The notes under the pieces are model-generated. The model saw nothing but the letters and a program-made list of their open reading frames with translations, was not told the origin of the DNA and did no database searches. A DNA stretch of 64,000 nucleotides, taken from contig NMRA01000243.1 in assembly GCA_002633005.1 (NCBI GenBank), forward strand, positions 334,387 through 398,386, read 5' to 3'. Shown here piece by piece: positions 53,733 through 64,000 of the stretch. Positions within the stretch are counted from its first letter, which is position 1; the number at the start of each line of letters is the position of its first letter. A program made the position numbers and the translations under genes. Origin of the DNA: Phoronis australis (taxonomy: Eukaryota > Animalia > Phoronida).

Positions 53733-54378
53733 CTGGAAGAGAATAGGGGAAAATTATACATATTTAATGTATGATAACAAAATTGTCAATTAAATAATTG
53801 TAGTTTTTTCTATCTAAGGTCAATCCTAATGACTGACACGGGACAAGTTTTTGTTAACGCTAAATTGATTTCTTATCTGTGCCTCTCATTTTTCCACCAG
53901 TTCACAGCTTTCAATCAAGTCCCAGTCACAACGCCCTCTAGTGGCAGAACTCTACACGGACCGGACCTGAGCTGCCCCACATTGCTGCAAGACTGGCTCT
54001 GTGAACCAATTTTCCTAAAGAGTTCTGTGGTGAACTCATCATAAGATGGCAGCTTGCTGCCCTATGCCAACATTGGCCAATGCAGGAAATTAAAATGATG
54101 TTTTTCATTGAGATACAAATGATAAGGGGACCCTTTCTTTACTAGCGCCACCTAGTGAATAACAAATCGCCCACAACCATCTCGACAAAGATGAATTAAT
54201 AGAACTAAGCAATTCTATAACCCAGCCACATTTTAGATTTCTGGTCAAACTGGCCGTGAAAATACACACGCATGAAAATACACACGGACAGATTCACAAC
54301 TACCTGCACGTGGTTTATTTGAACATATCTGACCGCAAGTTGTGAAAATCAAATGATTTGTCAGGAACCAGTACTTAC

Positions 54379-54459
54379 AGGAAAAAACCCTGGGGGCATT
54401 GGCCCGCCTGGCATGCCATCTTGTGGCGGCATTTGACCTAGTGGACTTGGTGCTGCATT
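54379..54459 (-). CDS. SSBP3: Ssdp exon (NAAPSPLGQMPPQDGMPGGPMPPGFFP)
   Basis: Acceptor ttttctcccacag|, donor |GTAAGT. Diagnostic APSP..G..PP.DGMPGGP.PPGFF motif. Confidence 0.92.
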
Positions 54460-55084
54460 CTGTGGGAGAAAAGAACAACTACATTACTTAACAAGTCTAG
54501 CTAAATTGTTGATAGTAGTAAAAATGTATGACATTAGAAACTGTAAATAGAGAATACATCTAAACTACAGTAAACATCTCGCAAAAGACTGAGTAGATTA
54601 CGTGTCAGAAAAGACAGTGATGATGACTAATAGGGGGTAGAATTCCCCCCACCCCCATCACGTTGGCTAAGTGCAAGCAGAATTCTGCATCAGATTAGCT
54701 GAAAGGCAGGTTGGGGTCATTACCCACTGTGACATAGAAACAGAATTGTGTTCGATTATCTTATTTAGCTTTATCTAAATCACTGACATGATTAAAATAC
54801 CTGTACTACTAGAAAGTACAATGCACACCAGAAATAATAGGATTACGGAATTATGTGCTTGGTATCTTAGCAAAGACAGCAAACAGTGGAGAATTTTGAT
54901 TTAGCTGAAACTCTAGCGTGGAAAGAATTTAATGTCCCAACTGTGGAAATTGACAGTGAACATATCCAAATGACAGTGTTTAAACGGGAAAAATTGATAC
55001 ACCGGCACAATAGCAGATCATTATAACATAGGTATTGCCAGTGACCGGAGACTTTATCGGTTATACGGACGAAAACGCATTTTT

Positions 55085-55230
55085 AAGATTATTGTTGGAT
55101 GGGACAGACTTCTTGAAGTTGTTGTTATTGTTGGGTGGGATAGACTTCTTGAAGTTATTATTGTTGGATGGGACAGACTTCTTGAAGTTATTATTATTGT
55201 TGGGTGGGACAGACATCTTGAATTTATTAG
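55085..55230. repeat. 30/33-bp tandem repeat (ttattgttggRtgggacagacttcttgaag) x4
   Basis: Directly visible. Explains the repetitive ORF 55035..55343. Confidence 0.85.
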
Positions 55231-58200
55231 TTTTGACCAGAACTATAAAGCAACACGTTTGCGGTGTTTTTTTTTTATTCTGTTACAAATCGCCAATTCT
55301 TGGAATCGCTTCCATCCAAACATATATATATACATGCTGCTGAAAATTTTGGTAAAACTAGCCAGGTGAAATACAGCTGTACGAGGGTGGTTTTTCACAG
55401 GAGAAATGTGCCCTCGTAAATTAGACAAGATAAAATTGTATGTTTTCTACAACCTGAGAACAGGTCAATGAAAGTGAAAGCGTCGGTCAAAATAGCTAAG
55501 ACAGAACATTATTTTTTGCTTTCGGTACTCAACTCGGCTTCTCTTATCAATTTACAGCTCTGTTGAACAGAAAGGCACAACATAATAACCTTTTCAGATG
55601 ATAAGTTTTAAAGAGGCAATAAACCTGCACCCTGTGCCCAAAAAACCAAGTTCTGATTTAGACCAGTCATCACTAATTAGCTTTCTCCTTACTCAGAAAA
55701 GAAACGATTTCTCGGCCCGAGAGGCAGTGAAAGGTGGTTACAACAGCAGGCACGGTCCATTAAGGTCAGGGAAGGTCAATTTCATTGTCTAAGTTATATG
55801 ACCACTCAGGGGAATTCTAGCCGATATGCTGTGACCGATTTCAATTCACACAATGGATAAAAATGCCATGGCGTTGAAAGCGCAAATGTGCTGGTGAAGA
55901 AAGTCCATGTTTTAACCTCACATGGTTCATAGCAACACAGCTCACTTCATAGTTTATTTCATTAGGTGAAATCGCTAGGTTTTCAGATTAGGTAGTATGG
56001 TGTTTCATGTGGTTATGTACCGTTTAGCCAATAGGTGGCAGGCCACAACAGCACCCGGTTAAAACAAGACGATAAAAAACAAGATAGAAACTACTTAGGT
56101 GGCATAAAAACTATGTGATATCAAAGTATCTTACACAATGGTTTTTTGCTAGTAACAAATGGGGAAAAATAATGTCTTGTTGAAATTTACCATTTATGCG
56201 AATGACCAGCTTAGATAAAAGTCAGAATCCCTCAAGTTGTAAACCACCTAGATCACAACATATTTCCACCAATCCATACATTTAGCAAGATCTGACAAAG
56301 CAAACAGACTACAAGCACTGAAGGAACATTATCATGGTACAGTATCTCCAGTACATAACAGGATTATAGTCTGCTACTTCAGAGGGTGGAACCTGCATGC
56401 TAGAACAGCCGTGCATATTGATTGTCAGCTGGCTGGCGACCTCTGGAACACACAGGGCATGAGACCAACCAAAGCTGAATGAATGTATTCCATGTCCAAG
56501 AATAGAGGCCAAGGTTAAACGAATGTAGACAATGTAGCTGGCTAAGTTAAACTTTGAATCATAAATTTATAAAACTTTAATCCTGGTTAGCCAGGGTCCA
56601 TCATCTACAAAACTCGCAGTATTGTAAGCTTTAAAAATTAACTTTTAAGTTAGGTTATAAATCTGGAAAATTGTTCTGAAGTTAGGCTATCAATCTGGAA
56701 AAAATGTTTTGGGGACAGCAGATGTTTCCCATAACTGACCAAACAAGTTTTTCAATGAAGTGATTAGACAATAGTTATTTATAGAATAATATTCTACTTT
56801 GATCAGTACACAAGGATTTTATGAACTTCAAGTTCTGAGCTATCAATTCAATTAGGTAGTTGGACATGACAGACTTCAGCAGTTCAGATATAAGGAAACT
56901 GCATTGGGTTTAAACAAAGTTTTGAACACCTTTGGTGTGCGTGTACCGACTAGACCAGACCTTCGTACCAGCTGTATCCTTTCACAATTGACAGTTATTC
57001 AATGAAGTCCAACCAAACTTAAGTGCGAAAAGAATGTCTAGCTTCTGTACACTAGTCCTTAAAATTAGTTTGCCGCAAAAACTGAAGTTTAATTGAAGCG
57101 TAAGCGTGTTTCGATTATGAAGTCTTTTTCGAGCAGGATTCCAGACACAAACATTAATATGAATAGTTCTTAGATAACAGGTTATAAACAAATAGGTGTA
57201 TTAAAACTGAGTTCATAGGAATCATGGAAGCGACACCATCTCTCATTTATCAGAAATTGGAGCCCAAGTGAAAGGCCAAACTTTATTGAGATTGTTGAGC
57301 TTCCACTGTGCAGCCACAATGGAGACCACAAAACAGATATGTAGGTCAACAATACAGAAAGCATCCAGATTTTCGCCCAGGTTAGAGAAAACAAATATAA
57401 CTTTACTGCAAGCAACCGGAATTTCATCCGTTTCAGACAACTTCAATTAACCGAGATTTGATAAATGTAGGATTTACAGTTTACTGGGGCAATAGTCACA
57501 ATGACCACAATGATGGCAGTAGTATTAGGGACACTTATCTATGCACTTTTTGTTAGCACTGTGCCATTGATTACCATAGAAACGTAAGCCATTCTCATCC
57601 ACTGCTTGAACCTGTAGTTAAACTGGCTCTTATCACTGGACCCAATAACCTGTATACTGTGACTTTCATTGACCATGCAGACCATTCTTAGTAAAGTGGT
57701 ATAAACACTGACTCTGTCAGAACTGGAACTACCAACAGTAAAATAATCCACCTGTGACGGCCTCCAAAATTTAGAACACTGTAATCAAATCTGATAAAAT
57801 TTCCAAATTCTCAAATTTGGGGCACTCACAATTTTTACTTTCATAACATCTTGCATATTACTCAGGTTCATTTATCCATCTTAGCACTTTCCTCAAAAGA
57901 AAACTTTTTTATCTAGAATTTGACCACCTTGTATCGAACCACCTGAACATTTGTGAATATGTATAAAACTGCTTAATCAGCCAGTCACAATGGTACCAGA
58001 CTTTAAGAACCAGTTTGATGCACATTATTCAGTGAAGAAAACTTGTTGTCAAAATGCAGGATTACTACCGATAAAAGAGTTGAATTAACCCACCAATACT
58101 ACGTAAACAATTAAAGATGCCAAGAACTCGTCTTTGGTCAAAGAAAGTATTTTTTTATGAAGACCACTGACAGCTATTTAAAATTTAAAAACTGGTCTCA

Positions 58201-60033
58201 ACTGACTTTTCGACGAGGGTGAATTTCTGTCCAACCTCCCTAGACTTCATGGTGCAAACCCGTACTCCACAATGGGGATCTGCCCCAGGTTTTCAAGACT
58301 GCTACTGGTCTATTTACTTTGAAGTGGTTTCTGGGCTCATAGAAAACATTGACATTCGTTATTACTCGCGACAAATCGACTTGTACAACCTGGTCTTGAG
58401 ACCAATATCAACCAGTCACCTCCGCTCAAGCTCTGACATCATCTCTTATCTGAACAAGTCAACACCAATTTTTGATAGAAGACGAGTTTGAAACACCTTG
58501 AAAATTCCGTCCAATCAAGCATCAGGTAATTCTTTACCTATTTGGCATTGAATACTGAAAACAAGTGGATTGTCATTTACTCAGAATTTTCTGTAAATTC
58601 AAAAATTAAGAGAATTTAACTGTATTAGAGGCAGCCACAAAACGAAACTCGGTATACAGTTGATTATTTGTACCAGAGTATAGAGCCTTCGAAATACCAA
58701 AAATCAATTTGGGTAATTGTCTTCGTGTGGAGAGTTGACACAACCTGGTTTGGTCACTACATCTTCTGGGCGAGAGGTTCTCCCTTGGGAATGTTTAGCA
58801 AGTATGAGCTGCCACCAGGGGAGACCATTGTCATCAGGGCATTGCCGTTGGAATGTGGTTCACACTCTAATGCGTTTCCAATTTCCACAATATTATTTTC
58901 ATTTTCCACGACTGACTTGCCCACAGAATACAATGTTGTCTCAGAAGGCAAGATGGGTTTTCAGGTACTAACTACATCACCTGTATGCGACGTTACTTTA
59001 AGATATTTTAGTATACTGTACGCTTAAGGATCGAGAAAAATGGTAGGGTTTTTTTAAACATGACTATATTTCTTGGCGAAATTTGGAAGCAAAAATTGCA
59101 GACTAATTTTTAAATGATTCGTTACTATTTTCACCTGGGTTTTTTGTTAATTCGGATGAATTTTGTCGAAATTCGTTAACCTTTGTTGGAAACGGTGAAC
59201 TTGAAAATCCAAGCTGTCGTACTACTTAAGCACTGGCCATGTTGACATTGACTAAGTTGATGTTGTCTAGGCAAAGGGTTCATTTGGAATAGTTTCAGGT
59301 ACCCATCATCATGTATATGCTATGAAGGAGGAATCCATTTTGATATTCACACACACACACGTCCTTGCCTAACTTTTGGAGAGAGCCCCAAGCCAATCAC
59401 TTCATCTTGATCAGTATCAAACCAGGAACTTGTTTTATTACACAAGTTATCTCACAGATCCTTGCCATAAATGTATATAGAAATTGCTACAGCCTACCTC
59501 ATCCAATCATCAATGTCAAAGGTCAAGCCAGGTCAAAGTTGAACAGCACTGGCAAACAGCCAACATTCTTGCCACAAATAAATTTATTTTCATACAAGAA
59601 GAATGTTTTGCCATAAAACACGAGACATGCAATGTAGGGAAACATCTTAAACGGGTAATAAAAACCACCCGCAAGCAATTCATAATACGACATATGATCT
59701 ATACGACACATTCTTGCATAAAATTTTGACCAAAAAACACTTCCAAGGAGTCTCCACCATCCAAATGTGATCCAATGACACAGATATGGGTCACCTAATA
59801 TTTTCCTAGTTAGGACATGGGACAATATAGCCGACTCTAGAAATTTCATTTTGTCAAATTTCGCAACAAAAACATCTTTCAAGGAAATTTACTTTGCTTT
59901 TGGCACGATTTGTATGGCGTAGCTATTACCAAACCCTGTTTGGTAAAATTTTGAGTATTTACAACAAAGCGGCAATTTTAGCAATTACTCTTATCCTGAT
60001 TTGAAGATTTTTTACCATAATCATAGAATTGTG

Positions 60034-60438
60034 GAATATATGTTCTGGAGGCATTGTAGAATATAAAATGGTCACTTACTTAGAGACGTGGTTGAACTTA
60101 TTTAGCAGACGTTTCGGCATGGTCCAACACGTCTTTGTCGATAAATGAGGGATTTCCTGCCTTTCGCTCGTTAAGAATGCTGGAGTACATGGGGGTAAGT
60201 GGAGTCCTCTGTCCTGGTTCAAGAGGCCATAAACATTTACAGTCAGTGCCCCCTCTTGAACCGGGACAGAGGACTCCACTTACCCCCCGTGTACTCCAGC
60301 ATTCTTAACGAGCGAAAGGCGGTGAATCCCTCATTCATCGACAAAGACCTGGCAGACCAGATCGAAACGTCTGCTAACTAAGTTCAACCACATCTCTAAG
60401 TAAGTGACCATTTTTATATACTACGAATATATGTTCTG
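60034..60438. mobile_element. Large fold-back insertion (~170-bp arms) with 14-bp direct repeats, resembling a Penelope-like element end
   Basis: gaatatatgttctg at 60034 and 60425. Arms 60056-60226 / 60252-60424 with a 25-nt loop. Contains cgacaaagacctggcagaccagatcgaaacgtc. Confidence 0.75.
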
Positions 60439-61550
60439 TTTTATGGATATCGCCAGCTATACTCTTGAGATGCCATTTCAAGCCCCGGGGATAGTTGTGA
60501 CCAGAAAAAGCCTTTGGCCCCTACCTTGGGTCCCTCGACATGTATATTAATCAACCTACATGCGGAAATGCGAGCATCTATTGTTACTTTGTGAGCCACA
60601 AAGAGATTGGACGATAAAACAAAGCTATTGGAATACGCTGTGGTCAAGACATGCCAATAAACCCGCGGGAAAAAATCGCGCTAGTTTGAGGACACAATAC
60701 GAGAGAGAAATGAAATCTACTTTCTCATTTCCATACAAGATCAGTAGCACCAAGTGCATGGCTTGTAATTTTCATACTCAGTACTGTGATAACTGGCATG
60801 CAATATTTTGACAAGTTTTAGGATTCACCGCATTAGCTTTAATATGAAAAGACCAATTTGGAATTTCAAACATTTTTTTGTGCAAAATTGGTGATACTTT
60901 ACAGCCTACTGAAATACAGTCGTCTTCCATTTCCCTGTATTTCTAGGTACCCGACTACAATTGTTGTTTGCCCGTGTTTAGGTATTTGTGTGTGATGCAA
61001 TGTGCAACCATGTAAGGCTCCTGGGGATTAATGTGGTTCCACACTACAACAAAAGAAAATGTGCTTAGGGAAAATCTTATATTTCAGCTATTACCAGTTC
61101 ACGAATGTATTCTGTTGAAGGTATTATACTTCAATGTCAGAATTTGTTCCCAGGCTCTACGAAAATATTAAGAAAATGTAATTTTGAACACTTGAAAATA
61201 GGAATTGGGAGTCTGTAACATGTCATTAATTTGCAGTGTAAGGTGCATGACCTAGGGGACCTCCAGGATAGTGAAATTGGCCATTGGGTGAGGGGGGGGT
61301 TGTGAAATTTTTACCTTTCCACAAACCGAAATAGTTTATTGAAGAACATAACACTACACATGAATATTTCATGACCCCAAGCTTATCAGATAATTTTCAA
61401 GTCAGTTAACACCACATGACAAGCAAATAGACACCACAGGGTGATCTTAAGCTATGGGTATTGTGATTAATATCTGCCTCTAGGCTACCCAAGTCTTAAC
61501 TTTGTACAGGACTCTATATGTCCCAACAGCACTTTCACACACCAACTTAC

Positions 61551-61592
61551 ATTTGGTAAGCCGTTGACTCCATACCCTGAATTTACAAAACC
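61551..61592 (-). CDS. SSBP3: Ssdp/SSBP2-4 exon (GFVNSGYGVNGLPN), first coding exon inside the window
   Basis: Acceptor ttttcttctttttcag|, donor |GTAAGT. Matches the GFV.SGYGVNG segment that follows the LUFS domain in invertebrate Ssdp. Confidence 0.85.
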
Positions 61593-62651
61593 CTGAAAAA
61601 GAAGAAAATATGGTTGAAGCGCAGTGACACAAATCTCTTTTTTGAACTTAAACAAACAAACAAAGGCACACAAAACCATCAATGGCGGTAAATGGGGTCA
61701 ATTAGGTCATAACCAAAAATGCAAGCTTGACCACTTCAGTAAGGTGTTCATTTCTGGGGTTTGTTTTAAGCCACTTGAAAATTTACCAAACAGCAAATTT
61801 GTAAGACATATCTTATCAACTAAAGTAGTACTCTAATCGATGTGATTTTAGGATTTGATTGACAGTTCACCATTCCCAGCAACTGAAGATTCGAACTTGA
61901 CATAATTGCTAAATTCGCACTCAGGTTGGAGAGACCACGACCAAATTATGACGAGAGGGGGATTGAAAATGAGGCTGGGAATCACTACTCTGACCTGGTG
62001 TCAAAGCATCAATGCAAATCCCCAATCACTTGGTAAATCACCTGTATCCCTTAAGAACAGGTACTAGCAAAAATACCAGTAGTTTGGGGGGCACCTAAAA
62101 CGCCACGAAACACTTGTAACCGTCCACATGACTGGCGTTTTTGCTATTCGCTAAAGTGCTAGCAAAAACACTAGTGTTTTAGGCAGCTTGTGAACGGGGT
62201 AAAGTTTGTTTATATTATGTCAATACTTAGCATTCATTGCACTGCAGGTCTTCTGTTGAAAATGACACATTTTCAAAATCATTTAGGCAAACCCAAGGGT
62301 GTGAAACTGAACCAAACAATATTTTTGATTGTTTCACTGTTGTTGTACTGATGGGCACTATCTGGTGACGGGTCACTTTCTGGTGACGGTCACTTTCTGG
62401 TGACTGCACTTTCTGGTCATTGACAATCGCTGGTGGCGGGCACTTGATAGGAGATCGCCGTCAACATACTTCAAAATTTGTGAACACAGACGATGTTAGA
62501 AGCCCTGGCAAAAATGGTTGATTTTGACTATAGTTTGTCCAAAATTAGCGAGATTGTTGCATTCAACGTAGCAACATCAGAATCTACTTGTTCTAATTTC
62601 CCCGACACTGGTTAATTGTGATGAAAGAACAGAGTGTCACACCCGCACAGA

Positions 62652-62895
62652 CTAGACCTTATACACCAAACAACCATTCAATCACTGTCAATATGTAAGT
62701 ATATCATAATACCACAGAGTATCACATACTGTTTAGTAACATCACACGGTCATAACCTAAACCTTATACACCGAGCAACCACTCACTGACACTATGTAAG
62801 TATATCATAATACCACAGAGTATCACGGACTGTTTAGTAACATCAAACGGTCATAACCTAGATCTTACACACCAAGCATTCACTCACTGACTCTA
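62652..62895. repeat. ~105-bp tandem repeat, ~2.3 copies
   Basis: accttatacacc...tatgtaagtatatcataataccacagagtatcac...ggtcataaccta repeated. Confidence 0.85.
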
Positions 62896-64000
62896 GCTGG
62901 AGGGTAAACATTGGTTTAATTTGAAATTTGAATAAGTGCCAACATGTCACCAGTGCCGAACACGTAACAAAAAATGATGCGAGTATTGTCTCGTTTTGTA
63001 CTCAATATGTCGCTCAAATCTCCCCAGGGTTCCCATAAAACGGTAAATGTTAACAGACGTTAGAAGCATACATAGGGCATTGTGTCATTTTTTACTTAAG
63101 TTATTCAAAGGTTTAGGAAACTAAAATGATCTTTGTGTACATAAGAAGGTGGTCTGAATGAACCTGATCCAATAATGAACAACAAAGGTGATGTGCTCCA
63201 ATTTTTGAATGAACAGAAAAATACCGTAGCCTGTGTTCTCGCACAATGTTTGAAATCTTGAGCCACGATTGAAAAGTTCTGACACGTGCTTAAATGTTGA
63301 GCCACGTTTGAAAAAAACAACATTTTTGGGTGAAAAACATGGCACACAATGTGAGAGGCTTTGGAGTCTCGCGAAAGAAGAATTCTGATCGCTTAAAGCG
63401 AAATAATAGGCGAAACGAACGGCCTAAATTTTATTTTGGCCGGGTTCGACCAGATGGACGGAATTAAAAGCTGGGCAAAATTTTAGAAAGTTGCTTGAAA
63501 TGATGGCCACTTTCTTAATATCATCGACTGGTCAGCCATTCTTTCTTTCTCTTCTTTACACTTCACACTCGAAGGCGAGTATTCCGAAGTGATTCTCTCA
63601 TCATTCCCTTCCATACATTAATTCACCCACCAGTAAGACCGAGCTCAGAGGAGTAGGAGACACTTTTGTGCAACGCTCGATTGTCGAACCCGCGTCTCCC
63701 AAACGAGTCTGGAGCTCAAAGCAATGAGCCACACGGTATCCATCAGTCATTTCACAAATAAAAAATTAAATATGCAAAGAGCGCTTTCATAGTGCCTTTT
63801 TCCATGTTCCGTATGTCCCGCAGCACTGGTCAGACTTTCCGGCAGCAGTGTTAGAAACGTAAACAAACCTCCGTATGGAAACACTTTTGATGACTAATTG
63901 GTTGTTGCTTGTGCATTTCCACTTTGACGAATATTATGGGTTACTTTTGGTGCATTTCACATTGTCATTGACAACTAAAGTAAGCTCATCTCATCTCATT

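Noticed and set aside
53733-54378. Search for an exon equivalent to SSBP3 'GPPGSQPSPH'
   Set aside because: No such frame with splice sites was seen, and the neighbouring exons join in phase without it.
61595-64000. Search for the Ssdp LUFS-domain exons (..CVFWDLY..FHDY)
   Set aside because: Not found. They presumably lie beyond the window end.

Overview
Eukaryotic, intron-rich and AT-rich invertebrate genomic DNA with N gaps at 5683, 24063-24688, 33979-34073 and 44618. It is not a prokaryotic locus. Two spliced genes on the minus strand were rebuilt by hand from GT-AG junctions with consistent codon phase. (1) A complete 5-exon GOLM1/GOLM2(CASC4)-like type II Golgi membrane protein of ~438 aa (CDS 13132->1992). 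(2) The last 12 coding exons (303 aa) of an Ssdp/SSBP2-3-4 transcription cofactor (61592->22222), whose N-terminal LUFS exons lie beyond the window, with a probable ~4.6 kb 3' UTR. Nearly all ORFs in the six-frame track are spurious. The rest of the window holds non-autonomous mobile elements and minisatellites: MITEs with TA, 5-bp and 6-bp target duplications, Helentron-associated (HINE-like) elements, and three fold-back insertions with 10-14 bp direct repeats that resemble Penelope-like retroelement ends, two with degenerate hammerhead-like motifs. A tandem duplication across an N looks like two haplotypes that differ by a MITE. I found no convincing novel multi-gene system; the best leads are the fold-back elements and the unusual-TSD MITEs.
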